Positions 1-14,661 are shown, counted from the stretch's first letter. The stretch is 64,000 bases of DNA from Gammaproteobacteria bacterium (GCA_965238225.1 OZ250183.1:1504001-1568000); one strand, 5' to 3'. Translations and numbers: made by a program. Notes: generated by a model from the sequence alone, not told the origin.

Positions 1-1275
1 ATGACGGAAACCGTTACTGCAACAATACCAAACGCGAAATCATTCAGGAACAGAGACCATATTTCAATAGCATCAGAAGTCTGTTTTCTTGACACAGTCG
101 ATGCTGAAATAGCTTCCAGACTAAGTACTGGCATGACTGAGCTTGACCGCGCGGTAGGTGGTGGTTTGGCCGCGGGTTCGGTTACATTAATCGGCGGTGA
201 TCCTGGTATTGGAAAATCAACATTACTAATCCAGATGCTTTCTGTGTTAAGCAATGAAGATGATGTGAAAACACTTTATGTTTCTGGCGAAGAATCTGCA
301 CAACAAATTAGCCTTCGTGGCCATCGCCTAGATCTAGCGCTCGATAAAATTAAATTACTGACAGAGAATAATCTAGAAAGAATTTTATCCATTGTCAGTG
401 CCGAACAACCTGAAGTCATAGTCATAGATTCCATCCAGACAATTTATGCAGAAATATTACAGTCAGCCCCTGGATCAGTGGCTCAGGTCAGAGAGTCTGC
501 AGCACAGTTAGTACGTTATGCAAAACAAACGAACACAACTGTATTGCTGGCAGGGCATGTGACGAAAGATGGTGCATTAGCAGGTCCCATGGTACTAGAA
601 CACATGGTCGATACGGTGCTTTATTTTGAAGGGGATACGAGCAGTCGCTACAGGGTGATTCGATCCATTAAAAATCGCTATGGAGCAGTGAATGAAATTG
701 GCATATTTGCCATGACTGATAAGGGCTTAAAAGAGGTGAGCAATCCTTCTGCTATATTTCTATCCAGACATGAAACGCCAGTATCAGGCAGCGTTATCAT
801 GGTGACAAAAGAAGGCACAAGGCCATTGCTTGTTGAAGTACAGGCGCTGGTTGATACATCTCCGCTTGGTAATCCAAGACGACTCAGTGTTGGCTTGGAA
901 CAAAACCGTCTTTCAATGTTACTCGCTGTATTACATCGGCATGTGGGAATCAACACTGCCGATCAAGATATCTTTATTAATGTTGTTGGCGGCATTAAGA
1001 TTACTGAAACAGCTGCCGACCTAGCTATAATATTGGCAACAATATCCAGTTTTAAAAATATCGTTGTACCACAGGATTTAATCGTGTTTGGTGAAGTGGG
1101 TCTTACGGGCGAAATAAGGCCTGTGCAAAATGGCTTAGAGCGATTAAAAGAGGCTGTAAAACATGGATTTAAAAGAGCTATTATCCCCACACCAAATCAA
1201 CCCAAACAGAATATTGAAGGTATGGAAATAATTGCAGTCAGTCGTTTGTCAGATGCTGTCAGTCAATTACGGTAA
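1..1275 (+). CDS. radA: DNA repair protein RadA/Sms (5' end probably outside the window)
   Basis: Walker A GGDPGIGKST, RadA motif KNRYG and Lon-like C-terminal domain. The N-terminal Zn finger is missing, so the gene likely starts upstream of base 1. Confidence 0.95.
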   Translation: MTETVTATIPNAKSFRNRDHISIASEVCFLDTVDAEIASRLSTGMTELDRAVGGGLAAGSVTLIGGDPGIGKSTLLIQMLSVLSNEDDVKTLYVSGEESAQQISLRGHRLDLALDKIKLLTENNLERILSIVSAEQPEVIVIDSIQTIYAEILQSAPGSVAQVRESAAQLVRYAKQTNTTVLLAGHVTKDGALAGPMVLEHMVDTVLYFEGDTSSRYRVIRSIKNRYGAVNEIGIFAMTDKGLKEVSNPSAIFLSRHETPVSGSVIMVTKEGTRPLLVEVQALVDTSPLGNPRRLSVGLEQNRLSMLLAVLHRHVGINTADQDIFINVVGGIKITETAADLAIILATISSFKNIVVPQDLIVFGEVGLTGEIRPVQNGLERLKEAVKHGFKRAIIPTPNQPKQNIEGMEIIAVSRLSDAVSQLR

Positions 1276-1590
1276 TCGCTTACAACTTGATTATTTTAAA
1301 TCGTTCTCTAGATGGCCTGCTTATGATGGTAGATTGCATATGCCAGCCATTCGCTACAAGATTAATCGTGGATAACAAGGCTAACACTGAATCAAAAGCA
1401 AATTATCATCGAAAATAGCCTGCGCTTACGATGGTGAAAAGTGCCTATATCTGGTAGCATCATTCGTGAATTATGGAACGAAATACAAACCTTGTTGAGC
1501 GTGCCGAAAGCTTGCAACCCTATCAGGGAAATCGACAAGATTCTCCAATTTAATGTCACGTTGACCAACTGTAATGATGCTATTAAATAA

Positions 1591-3288
<1,698 letters not shown>

Positions 3289-3299
3289 GAGGGTAGAAA

Positions 3300-4130
3300 A
3301 TGCAGTTATGTGGTTTTGAAGTTGGTAGTGACAAGCCGTTCTTTCTAATAGCGGGTCCTTGTGTTGTAGAAAGTGAGCAGATGGCATTGGATGTGGCGGC
3401 TTATTTACAGGAGTTGACCTCTGAACTAGGTATTTCCTTCATTTATAAATCTTCATATGACAAGGCCAACAGGAGTTCACATGAATCCTATCGTGGACTC
3501 GGTATTGAGAAAGGATTAGAAATACTGAGCAAGGTTAAAGAAACCTTGAATGTGCCCATCTTAACCGACGTACACGATGGCTCACCTTTAGACGAAATTG
3601 CGGGTGTGGTTGATGTTCTGCAAACGCCTGCATTCTTGTGCCGACAGACTGATTTTATTCAAGATGTAGCAAGCTATAAACTGCCGGTAAATATTAAAAA
3701 AGGTCAATTTTTAGCGCCATGGGATATGCAACATGTTGTCAATAAAGCGCGTGCGATAGGCAATGAACAGATTATGGTGTGCGAGCGGGGAACCAGTTTT
3801 GGTTACAATTATCTGGTTTCAGACATGCGATCACTCGTCGTCATGCAAGCAACGGATTGTCCCGTCGTGTTTGATGCCACGCACTCGGTGCAAATACCAG
3901 GAGGACAAGGCGCGAGTTCCGACGGACAACGGGAATTTATTCCAGCATTAGCGCGCGCAGCAACTGCTGTCGGGGTTGCGGGATTATTTATGGAAACGCA
4001 CCCAAATCCAGAAAAAGCTTTGAGTGACGGACCGAACTCATGGCCTTTAGATAAAATGCGGGAATTACTGGAAACATTAAAAAATATTGATGAACAGGTA
4101 AAATCGCCTCCTACCACCAGGCAAAATTAA
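3300..4130 (+). CDS. kdsA: KDO 8-phosphate synthase
   Basis: [14 protein letters not shown] and DATHSVQ motifs; pyrG-kdsA-eno order. Confidence 0.97.
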   Translation: MQLCGFEVGSDKPFFLIAGPCVVESEQMALDVAAYLQELTSELGISFIYKSSYDKANRSSHESYRGLGIEKGLEILSKVKETLNVPILTDVHDGSPLDEIAGVVDVLQTPAFLCRQTDFIQDVASYKLPVNIKKGQFLAPWDMQHVVNKARAIGNEQIMVCERGTSFGYNYLVSDMRSLVVMQATDCPVVFDATHSVQIPGGQGASSDGQREFIPALARAATAVGVAGLFMETHPNPEKALSDGPNSWPLDKMRELLETLKNIDEQVKSPPTTRQN

Positions 4131-4153
4131 ATAAAGAATTGTTCATGAGGTAA

Positions 4154-5440
<1,287 letters not shown>

Positions 5441-5478
5441 ACTCAAATGGTAAATATCCGGGAAATACGTTAATAAAA

Positions 5479-5775
5479 ATGAAATTTGTCACCTTCATAC
5501 TTTTCACAGTGTTGGTGCTGTTGCAGTACAGATTATGGATTGGCAATGGTAGCTTGACAGAGATACGTCATCTAAAACAAGCAAAACAATCAATCCTTGA
5601 GAAGAATGATGTATCGAAAGAACGTAATGATTCATTAGCCGCTGAAGTTTTGGATTTAAAACAAGGCATGGATGCTATTGAAGAACGCGCTAGAAGTGAA
5701 ATGGGTATGATAGGAAAAGATGAAACCTTTTATCAATTGGTCGATATGCAGTATCTTAATAAAAAAAGGGATTAA
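5479..5775 (+). CDS. ftsB: Cell division protein FtsB
   Basis: N-terminal TM helix, LQYRLW.GNGS, coiled coil, IEERARSEMGMI; lies between eno and ispD. Confidence 0.95.
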   Translation: MKFVTFILFTVLVLLQYRLWIGNGSLTEIRHLKQAKQSILEKNDVSKERNDSLAAEVLDLKQGMDAIEERARSEMGMIGKDETFYQLVDMQYLNKKRD

Positions 5776-5784
5776 CAAGAACAC

Positions 5785-6492
5785 ATGTCAACCCACTTGC
5801 GCTATTGGGCAGTTATTCCTGCTGCAGGAGTCGGAACACGCATGCAAACAGATGTCCCTAAACAATATTTAAGCATTAATCACAAAACAATACTTGAACA
5901 TACCTTAAGTCGTTTCTGCTTGGAACCGGTGATTTCCGGTGTTGTTGTTGTAATTTCAAAAGATGATAATACTTGGGAAAGCTTAAGCATTAGTTCAGAT
6001 TCAAAAATTACTGTTGCTCGAGGTGGTGTTCTGCGGTGTCATTCTGTTTTAAATGGTTTGCACGCCTTGTCTCATCAAGCGAACAAAAATGATTGGGTTT
6101 TGGTGCATGATGCAGCGCGACCTTGTTTGCGAAAGGAAGATATTAACCTATTAATAAACACGATAGGAGAACATGCTGTAGGTGGACTTCTTGGTGTGCC
6201 GGTAAAAGACACAATGAAACAAGCAGATGCTACAGGCACAATACAAAAAACAGTCGGTCGTAAAGGTTTATGGCATGCACTAACGCCGCAAATGTTTCGT
6301 CTCGGCATTCTCATTGATGCAATTGAAAATGCCTTGTCTAAAGATTTGCTTGTTACAGACGAAGCACAGGCAATCGAATTAAACGGTCTTCAGCCAATTC
6401 TGGTAGAGGGTCGCTTGGATAATATAAAAATTACCCGAAATAATGATTTAATAATGGCTAAATTATTTTTAGCTCAAAAGGAGGGCAACTAA
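5785..6492 (+). CDS. ispD: 2-C-methyl-D-erythritol 4-phosphate cytidylyltransferase
   Basis: [25 protein letters not shown] and NIKIT motifs. Confidence 0.96.
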   Translation: MSTHLRYWAVIPAAGVGTRMQTDVPKQYLSINHKTILEHTLSRFCLEPVISGVVVVISKDDNTWESLSISSDSKITVARGGVLRCHSVLNGLHALSHQANKNDWVLVHDAARPCLRKEDINLLINTIGEHAVGGLLGVPVKDTMKQADATGTIQKTVGRKGLWHALTPQMFRLGILIDAIENALSKDLLVTDEAQAIELNGLQPILVEGRLDNIKITRNNDLIMAKLFLAQKEGN

Positions 6493-6959
6493 TGCGCATT
6501 GGACATGGTTATGACACCCACGCCTTTGCAGATAACTGCCCGTTAATCCTTGGCGGTGTAACAATCCCCTGTAAAAAAGGACTATTGGCACATTCAGACG
6601 GTGATGCAGTGATTCATGCGCTATGTGATGCCCTGCTCGGTGCTGCTGCTTTAGGCGATATCGGACATTTCTTTCCAGACACTTCAGAAGATTTTAAAAA
6701 TATTGATAGCCGTATACTATTAAAAAAGGTTAAAGCATTGATAGATAAAAAAACCTTAAATCTGGTTAATACAGATATAACCATAATCACACAAATACCA
6801 AAGATGTCACCCTACATCACAGAAATGCGTAAAAATATTTCAGAAGATCTAGATGCGCATATTGATAATATCAATATCAAGGCGAGTACCACGGAGAAAA
6901 TGGGATTCATTGGTCGCGAAGAAGGGCTCACTGTTTATGCTGTTGTTTTATTAGATTAA
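6492..6959 (+). CDS. ispF: 2-C-methyl-D-erythritol 2,4-cyclodiphosphate synthase
   Basis: [14 protein letters not shown] and GDIGHFF motifs; TAATG overlap with ispD. Confidence 0.97.
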   Translation: MRIGHGYDTHAFADNCPLILGGVTIPCKKGLLAHSDGDAVIHALCDALLGAAALGDIGHFFPDTSEDFKNIDSRILLKKVKALIDKKTLNLVNTDITIITQIPKMSPYITEMRKNISEDLDAHIDNINIKASTTEKMGFIGREEGLTVYAVVLLD

Positions 6960-7094
6960 TTCATCTTAGGTTCATATAATCAGTACAATTTTTAAAAAAA
7001 TGAGAAAGGAGAGTTGTTTGCGCGATCTATCATGTAACACCGCCTTACTTTCTTACAATCATCTCCCTTGCTATTTCTCCCACTCCTTTTTTTG

Positions 7095-7752
7095 TTATAG
7101 GTATTTATCGCAAGCGTTCTGCAAGCGTTCCTTGACTTCAGAATCCAAAAGATGACCGTGTGATTCAATTAATGGTGGTAGATATTCCGCCGCACATAAG
7201 TGCGGCACACCATATTTGTCCATTCTCATCAGACAATTTCAATAAAGTCTTAATTTGATCATCATTCAATTTATCTTGGTAGGGCAGGATAAGCTTAAAA
7301 TTATGTTCAGCACCTCGAAACGAACGAGATCCTCCAATAAGCTTGATTATTTCATCTGTTGCTTGTTTAAAGTCATGCTTAACTAATCCAGGCAGTAATG
7401 TTTCGATCAAAATTTGTTCTGGATCTACTTTTGTTGATTGGATATTTGCAAAAAATCCTTGCGGGATTGTCCCATCGATTGACAAAGGAATAATAGTTAA
7501 ATCGTCTCGAAAGGCAGCGATGCCTGATTCTTGCGCACACCACACGGATTTAAAATAATCCTTGCTGAGGATGCAGATAAAAATATTCGCCTTAGCCATT
7601 TCTTTCAATATGCTGGCTTGCCACTCTTTTGAGACTTCGATATCCTCATGTGCGAGGAATGAATCAATTCCGATGGTTTCCAGAATATTCTTTAATTTTC
7701 CGGCAACAAATCTATCAGCTGTTTGATAACTTATAAATGCGTGTGCATTCAT
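7095..7752 (-). CDS. TIR-domain protein, apparently frameshifted near its 3' end (called ORF 7165-7752; restored frame ends at 7095)
   Basis: AFISY, FLAHEDI and SVWCAQE (TIR catalytic Glu). Removing one base near 7200 continues the protein as CAAEYLPPLIESHGHLLDSEVKERLQNACDKYL*. Confidence 0.8.
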
Positions 7753-7884
7753 GGGCTGGTACTCTCAATCAACTGCGACTTAACATGCTTGCTGTTTGTC
7801 AATTTTTTTCTCGTTCTTCTGTTCTTTTTTGATAGGGTTTAACCACGCCAATGCCGGTACGTCCAGCCACTTTATAAAGACACA

Positions 7885-9564
7885 CTACTCGTCAGTCACA
7901 CAACCATCCGCAGCAGATTTTACATTCTTGATGTATTTATAAAGCGTGCCTCTTGATGCCTTGTAAGGGGGCATTGTCCATGCTGATTTTCTTTGTTTTA
8001 GTTCTGCGTCAGATAAATCAACACTGATCGTATTTGTTACACCGTTCACAGTAATGACATCACCTGTTTTGATGAGTGCAATCGGCCCTCCTTCCTGAGC
8101 TTCTGGAACAATATGACCAATAATAAAGCCATGCGAACCTCCAGAAAAACGACCATCGGTAATCATAGCGACATCTGAGCCTAAGCCTGCACCCATGATG
8201 GCGGAAGTCGGTGTGAGCATTTCTGGCATGCCAGGTCCGCCCTTTGGTCCTTCATAACGGATAACAACAACATCGCCTTTTTCGATGTGTTTATCTTCTA
8301 ATGCCTTGAGCATATCTTCTTCAGAATCGTAAACCTTTGCGGGTCCGGTAAAATCCGTACCTTCTTTTCCGGTGATCTTCGCAACGCTGCCTCCTGGCGC
8401 CAAATTACCTTTAAGGATTCTCAGATGACCAGTTTCTTTTATAGGCTTATGCAGTGGATGAATTATCTCTTGTCCTTTGCTTAAACTTGGAACTTCTACA
8501 AGATTTTCTGCAATCGTTTTTCCAGTAACCGTAAGGCAGTCACCATTAATCATGTCGTTTTCTAATAGAAATTTCATAACAGCAGGTATGCCGCCGATAA
8601 GATGTAAATCTTCCATAACATATTGTCCGCTGGGTTTTAAGTCTGCAAGAAATGGTGTGCGGTCGCTGACTGCTTGAAAATCATCTATGCTTAATTCGAC
8701 ATCAACAGAACGTGCCATGGCAATCAAATGCAATACTGCATTTGTAGAGCCGCCAAGCACTGTAATTAAAACTATGGCATTTTCAAATGCTGCACGCGTC
8801 ATGATGTCGCGTGGCTTAATGTCTTTTTCTAATAAATTTTTAACGGCTTCACCAACTCGCAAACATTCATTTAGTTTGCCTGAGTCAATGGCAGGTGTAG
8901 AAGAACTGTAAGGTAATGACATGCCCAATACCTCAATCGCTGATGCCATGGTATTGGCGGTATACATTCCCCCGCAGGCACCTGCGCTTGGGCAAGATTT
9001 TCTGACTATATCCTGACGCGTGTCTTCGTCAATGGTACCAGCAATAAATTCTCCATAACTTTGAAATGCTGAGATAATGTCGAGTTTTTGTTCCTTACGA
9101 TACCCTGGTTTAATTGTGCCGCCATAGACCATTAAAGCAGGACGGTTTAAACGACCCATAGCAATCATACAGCCGGGCATATTTTTATCACAGCCGGGGA
9201 TAGAAACATTGGCATCGTACCATTGAGCAGCCATGACAGTTTCAATAGAATCTGCAATCAAGTCGCGTGATTGCAGTGAATAACTCATGCCATCTGTACC
9301 CATGGAGATGCCATCACTAACGCCAATGGTATTAAATCGCATACCAATTAATCCAGCTTTTACGACACTTTCTTTAATTTTCTCAGCCAAAGATAATAAG
9401 TGCATATTGCAGGTATTGCCCTCGTACCAAATGCTGGATATGCCTACCTGTGGCTTATCCATGTCTTCACGCGTCATACCAGTACCGTAGAGCATGGCTT
9501 GTGAGGCACCCTGTGACTTGGGTTGGGTAATGCGCAAACTGTAACGATTTAAAGGTTTTGTCAT
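7885..9564 (-). CDS. ilvD: Dihydroxy-acid dehydratase
   Basis: [31 protein letters not shown] and [11 protein letters not shown] motifs. Confidence 0.97.
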   Translation of the reverse strand: MTKPLNRYSLRITQPKSQGASQAMLYGTGMTREDMDKPQVGISSIWYEGNTCNMHLLSLAEKIKESVVKAGLIGMRFNTIGVSDGISMGTDGMSYSLQSRDLIADSIETVMAAQWYDANVSIPGCDKNMPGCMIAMGRLNRPALMVYGGTIKPGYRKEQKLDIISAFQSYGEFIAGTIDEDTRQDIVRKSCPSAGACGGMYTANTMASAIEVLGMSLPYSSSTPAIDSGKLNECLRVGEAVKNLLEKDIKPRDIMTRAAFENAIVLITVLGGSTNAVLHLIAMARSVDVELSIDDFQAVSDRTPFLADLKPSGQYVMEDLHLIGGIPAVMKFLLENDMINGDCLTVTGKTIAENLVEVPSLSKGQEIIHPLHKPIKETGHLRILKGNLAPGGSVAKITGKEGTDFTGPAKVYDSEEDMLKALEDKHIEKGDVVVIRYEGPKGGPGMPEMLTPTSAIMGAGLGSDVAMITDGRFSGGSHGFIIGHIVPEAQEGGPIALIKTGDVITVNGVTNTISVDLSDAELKQRKSAWTMPPYKASRGTLYKYIKNVKSAADGCVTDE

Positions 9565-9670
9565 GGTATTTCCAGAATAATGCCTGCGGCAAGTTAATTC
9601 TTATAAATTAAATTTAAACTGGTTTATTTCCATTTTTTATCCAATTAACATATTTTTTAACATATTTTAC

Positions 9671-10203
9671 TAGCCATATTTTGCATGAGACTGGCCATCC
9701 TTATATATAAGACAAATCCAATAATAAAGAAGATTGTTACTATGCTTACAAAAGATTTTTCAAAAAAAATCATCTATTGATGAACTCCATCGCCAAGCAT
9801 TATGCCTATATGGTATAAGGTCAATTGCACAAGCCAACCACCAGTCTTTCTTATACTTACAGACCTTTGCTTATTTTCTTCAAACTTCCTAAATCCATCT
9901 GCGCTATGCTTATATGTATCTAAGAGTAATGTCTGAGCCAATTTTATTATTAACACAATCCCTATTATATAAAGCATAACCTCCTTTCCGTTCTTCCCAA
10001 TATGCACCCTTCTTAGGTGGTGGAAACTCTGTGTAAAATTTTTTATGTACAAACCCTCTTTCCTCAATATTCCAAACAACTGCTGCAAGAAACCAAACTG
10101 GAATACTGATGAAAACAAACGTCAAACCTACTCGTTTAAGTCGACTATTAGCTTTAATGAGCATACTTTTCATTTTAATCCTCCATAATTTTCTTTTTGA
10201 CAT
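9671..10203 (-). pseudogene. Hypothetical membrane protein gene, likely broken by frameshifts
   Basis: ORF 9910-10203 has a TM segment. Protein-like sequence continues in shifted frames (DTYKHSADGF..., DWWLACAIDLIPY..., FVSIVTIFFIIWICLIYK...). Boundaries are approximate. Confidence 0.4.
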
Positions 10204-10317
10204 AATCTATATGTATGTCATTCGCCCGCAGGAATAGGAATTTCATAATAACCAAAGTAACTCAAAGGTGTTGGTTCATGCTTTGATGCAAAGCATGTTG
10301 ATACTAGAGCGTCTTTT

Positions 10318-12582
10318 TCAGGCAGTGTGTACCGTCTCCTTTTCCAGTATTTTTATGGTGAGTTTATCGTCTTTTTCACTGACACGGACATTGCCACCAT
10401 GTTCTAATTTGCCGAAGAGTAATTCCTCGGCTAAGGGTTTTTTTATCTTTTCCTGAATAAGTCTAGCCATGGGTCTTGCGCCCATATTTTTATCGTAACC
10501 ATGCGCCCTTAGCCATTTTCTGGCAGATTCATCAATGTCAATAAGTACCTTTTTGTCATCAAGCTGCACTTCCAGTTCAACAATAAATTTATCCATCACA
10601 TTGGCAATGGTTTTTGCATCCAACGTGTTAAATTGGATGATGGCTCCCATGCGATTCCTAAATTCAGGACTGAAGATTTTTTTAATGGCTTCCATGGCAG
10701 CGCCGCTATGATCTTGGTGTATAAAACCGACTGACGCTCTACTAATACGCTCTGCACCAGCATTGGTTGTCATTACAACAATAACATTGCGAAAATCAAT
10801 TTTACGTCCATTGGCATCTGTTAACGTGCCATAATCCATGATCTGAAGTAATAGATTAAATACATCAGGATGTGCCTTTTCGATTTCATCCAGCAATAAA
10901 ACAGAATGAGGATGTTTGTTTATTTCTTCCGTAAGTAAACCTCCCTGATCAAAGCCAACATAACCTGGAGGTGCGCCGATCAAACGAGAAGCAGTGTGGC
11001 GCTCCATATATTCGGACATATCAAATCGGATAAACTCAATCCCCATAATACCTGCAAGTTGTTTTGCAATTTCAGTTTTGCCTACGCCCGTTGGCCCTGC
11101 AAACAAGAACGCGCCAACGGGCTGTTGCGGGCTTCCTAAGCCTGAACGAGCCATTTTAATTGCGGCACTTAATGTTGAGATAGCTTCGTCTTGACCGAAT
11201 ACAACCATCTTTAGATTTCGTTCAAGATTTTCCATTAGCTCTTTATCCGAAGCATTAACATTTTTAGCAGGGATTCTTGCGATCTTGGCAACAATATTCT
11301 CAATATCCGTGACACCGATAGTTTTTTTTCTGCGAGAAGCAGTTATTAACTGTTGTGATGCGCCTGCTTCATCAATAATATCTATAGCTTTATCAGGGAG
11401 ATGACGATCAGTGATATGACGATCTGCTAATTCTGCCGCCGATCTCAATGATTGGCGCGTATATTTAATTTGATGATGTTCTTCGAATCTTGACTTTAAA
11501 CCTTCAAGAATTTTTATAGTTTCATGGGTTGTCGGTTCTACTACATCAATTTTCTGAAAACGTCTGGCTAATGCGCGATCTTTTTCAAAGACGTTTCGGT
11601 ATTCTTGATAAGTCGTGGAACCAATACACTTAATTTCCCCTGAGGCCAACACGGGTTTAATGATATTTGAGGCGTCCATAGCTCCGCCTGAAGCAGCACC
11701 TGCGCCAATAATATTGTGGATTTCGTCAATAAACAGGATTGCGCCTTCTTTTTCCTTCAGTGCGGAAATTACATCCTTGAGACGTTTTTCAAAATCACCA
11801 CGATATTTTGTCCCAGAGAGCAATGCCCCTAAATCGAGCGAATAAATGACATTATCAGCGAGAACATCAGGTATATCCTTATCGACAATCTTTTTGGCCA
11901 AGCCTTCGGCGATGGCTGTCTTGCCAACGCCTGCTTCACCAACATAAAGTGGATTATTTTTTTTCCGCCGACAAAGAATCTGGATGGTTCGTTCTGTTTC
12001 ATGTTGTCGTCCAATCATCGGATCAATCTTTCCCTGTTCTGCAAGAAGATTCAAGTTTGCCGTATATTTTTCCAACGGGGTAAGTCTAGGTTCATCTCCG
12101 ACAAACTCTTCTTCGACTTGCCCCATTTCATTGTCGTTCTCATCTTCGGAAATCTTCGCAATACCATGCGCGATATAGTTCACAACATCTAGGCGACTGA
12201 TTTCCTGCTGACTTAAGAGATAAGCTGCATGTGACTCTCGTTCTCCAAAAATAGCGACCAGAATGTTGACGCCCTTAACTTCTTTTTTTCCTGATGATTG
12301 CACATGAAAAACGGCTCGTTGCAGTACTCGTTGAAAACCGAGCGTTGGCTGTGTATCGTATTCATTACCTTTCTCTAGAAGAGGTGAGTTTTCTTGGATA
12401 AATCTGCTTAATTCACCATGCAATGCGTTCAGATTAGCACCGCAGGCTTTGAGCACATCTACAGCAGAAGTATTATCCAGCAATGCAAGTAACAAATGTT
12501 CAACAGTGACATATTCATGACGCCTATGACGTGCTTTATTAAAAGCATCATTTAATGTGATTTCAAGATCTTTATCCAACAT
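10318..12582 (-). CDS. clpA: ATP-dependent Clp protease ATP-binding subunit ClpA
   Basis: Clp N domain and two AAA modules (GEAGVGKT, GPTGVGKT); directly downstream of clpS. Confidence 0.97.
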   Translation of the reverse strand: MLDKDLEITLNDAFNKARHRRHEYVTVEHLLLALLDNTSAVDVLKACGANLNALHGELSRFIQENSPLLEKGNEYDTQPTLGFQRVLQRAVFHVQSSGKKEVKGVNILVAIFGERESHAAYLLSQQEISRLDVVNYIAHGIAKISEDENDNEMGQVEEEFVGDEPRLTPLEKYTANLNLLAEQGKIDPMIGRQHETERTIQILCRRKKNNPLYVGEAGVGKTAIAEGLAKKIVDKDIPDVLADNVIYSLDLGALLSGTKYRGDFEKRLKDVISALKEKEGAILFIDEIHNIIGAGAASGGAMDASNIIKPVLASGEIKCIGSTTYQEYRNVFEKDRALARRFQKIDVVEPTTHETIKILEGLKSRFEEHHQIKYTRQSLRSAAELADRHITDRHLPDKAIDIIDEAGASQQLITASRRKKTIGVTDIENIVAKIARIPAKNVNASDKELMENLERNLKMVVFGQDEAISTLSAAIKMARSGLGSPQQPVGAFLFAGPTGVGKTEIAKQLAGIMGIEFIRFDMSEYMERHTASRLIGAPPGYVGFDQGGLLTEEINKHPHSVLLLDEIEKAHPDVFNLLLQIMDYGTLTDANGRKIDFRNVIVVMTTNAGAERISRASVGFIHQDHSGAAMEAIKKIFSPEFRNRMGAIIQFNTLDAKTIANVMDKFIVELEVQLDDKKVLIDIDESARKWLRAHGYDKNMGARPMARLIQEKIKKPLAEELLFGKLEHGGNVRVSEKDDKLTIKILEKETVHTA

Positions 12583-12595
12583 GAAGCTTTCTCCT

Positions 12596-12931
12596 TTATT
12601 CTTTTTCCATCGTGCAGAGAAGGGGATGTTGATTTTCTCGTGAGTAATTATTGACCTGAGCTACTTTTGTTTCTGCGATTTCCCGAATGAAAGTACCACA
12701 AATACCTCTGCCGATTTTGTGTACATCCAGCATAATGCGTGTAGCAGTCTCGGTGTTCATGCTGAAGAAATTTTCCAAGATCTCCACGACAAAATCCATG
12801 GGAGTGTAATCATCGTTATTGAGGATGACTTTGTATGGCGAAGGAAGTTCTAGCTTAGGCTTAGCCTTTTTAGGCCTAACTTCCTGCACTGTGAGACCAC
12901 TGTCTTGGTGAGTGCTAATCTCTTCTGTCAT
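12596..12931 (-). CDS. clpS: Clp protease adaptor ClpS
   Basis: [17 protein letters not shown] and HPLLCTME motifs. Confidence 0.97.
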   Translation of the reverse strand: MTEEISTHQDSGLTVQEVRPKKAKPKLELPSPYKVILNNDDYTPMDFVVEILENFFSMNTETATRIMLDVHKIGRGICGTFIREIAETKVAQVNNYSRENQHPLLCTMEKE

Positions 12932-13404
12932 AATGTATTTAATGTATTTGTTGCTTTTTCATTACACTAGTCATAATTATACTGCGCAAATACAATGATG
13001 CCATACTGATTCGACCATTTTCGAGGATTATCATATATTATCTTTGGTAAACTCTTAAATAGAAATCAGCCGAGTAAAAATTGACCAAAAAACCTAGGCT
13101 TATATCTAGACCTATATCCTGAACGTCAGTCTATTATACCCTAAGTCAAACCCCTAGATACGGATACCCCAATATAAATATCTCCGTACAGGCCATGCCG
13201 TTACCCTAAAATTTCTTATATAATTAAAATTATTGACACACCAAACACTAATATTAACTTGCTACTGAGATTTTGTTTTAGGAGTATAATCAGGGTTTAA
13301 TGATGAGTCATTAGTTCGGTCTTATTGTTATCAAGCTTTGACATTTCTGATGTTAACTTTAATATCAAACAACGCAATACATATACATAAGGTTTACATT
13401 ATTT

Positions 13405-14193
13405 ATGCTGGTAGTTATCTCCCCTGCGAAGACGCTTGATTTTGAGACGGCACCCATCACAAAGATTCATACACAAGCGAAGTTTCTGAAAGAATCCAAG
13501 CAATTGGTCAGGCAACTGAGTAAAATGACACCCGCTGAGGTCTCTTCTCTGATGAAAATCAGCGACAAACTCGGCGTGCTTAATTTCCTTCGCTTTAATG
13601 AATGGAAAACACCTTTTACCTTGGATAACGCCAAACAAGCCATACTGGCATTCAAAGGGGATGTCTATACAGGCATTGACGCAGGGTCATTCAGTAATGA
13701 GGATCTCAAGTTTGCACAGAGGCATTTAAGAATACTATCTGGGCTGTATGGTATATTAAGGCCACTGGATCTTATTCAGGCTTATCGGTTGGAAATGGGC
13801 GCAACGCTTAAGAGCAAGCAAGGCAAAGACTTGTATGAATTTTGGGCATCAAAACTGACCAATCAAATTAATCAAGATATAAAGGCCAATAAAAACCTAG
13901 CAGAAAAAAATAAGTGTCTAATTAATCTGGCATCAAATGAATACTTCAAGGCTCTACAAGTAAAAGATATTGATGCTAGGATTATTGCGCCCGTATTTAA
14001 AGATTATAAAAATGGACAATATAAAATCATCAGTTTCTTCGTCAAAAAGGCACGCGGACGGATGGGTGCGTACATCATCAAACACAAACTAAAAGACCCT
14101 GAAGATATTAAGACCTTTGATGCCGATGGCTATAAGTTTTGCAAATCAGAATCCAATGAATCGAATTGGGTCTTCCAACGTAGAAATTCATAA
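13405..14193 (+). CDS. yaaA: Peroxide stress protein YaaA
   Basis: ISPAKTLD, LRILSGLYG.LRPLD, INLASNEY and KKARG motifs. Confidence 0.95.
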   Translation: MLVVISPAKTLDFETAPITKIHTQAKFLKESKQLVRQLSKMTPAEVSSLMKISDKLGVLNFLRFNEWKTPFTLDNAKQAILAFKGDVYTGIDAGSFSNEDLKFAQRHLRILSGLYGILRPLDLIQAYRLEMGATLKSKQGKDLYEFWASKLTNQINQDIKANKNLAEKNKCLINLASNEYFKALQVKDIDARIIAPVFKDYKNGQYKIISFFVKKARGRMGAYIIKHKLKDPEDIKTFDADGYKFCKSESNESNWVFQRRNS

Positions 14194-14432
14194 CTCTCTA
14201 ACTTACAAAAAAAACGAGGCAGTACGTTCCATCAGTAAGTTTTGGTGCACTGTGTCATCAAGAAAAAGATGGTTTTTTAATGCAGAATACGATAGATTCC
14301 GAGTATTAGCAGTTCTTGTAGCGGTTTCGGTTAGCTCTTCGCAATGTATAGTAGCAAGCATTCCGTCATATTTCGTAACATTATGCATGCTAATACATTT
14401 TTTTATTTTTTTAATTGCAGAGGTAATAAGTA

Positions 14433-14636
14433 ATGGCTACAGGCACAGTAAAATGGTTTAACGACAGTAAAGGTTTTGGTTTTATTACGCCAGATGATGG
14501 CGGTGCTGATGTATTTGTTCATCATAGTTCTATTAATGCCGAAGGATTTAAGTCTCTCGCTGAAGGTCAGAGCGTAAGCTTTGATATTGAAATGGGCGCT
14601 AAAGGTCCAAGCGCATCCAACGTAGTTGCGCAATAG
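14433..14636 (+). CDS. Cold-shock protein (CspA family)
   Basis: GTVKWFN..KGFGFI and DVFVH RNP motifs; GAGG RBS. Confidence 0.95.
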   Translation: MATGTVKWFNDSKGFGFITPDDGGADVFVHHSSINAEGFKSLAEGQSVSFDIEMGAKGPSASNVVAQ

Positions 14637-14661
14637 ATTAAACTGGGCAGTTTCCAATCCT

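Noticed and set aside
14117-14657. Alternative ORFs around the cold-shock gene (14117-14461, 14203-14388, 14403-14657)
   Set aside because: They overlap yaaA, the csp gene or its probable long 5' UTR and show no recognisable motifs.
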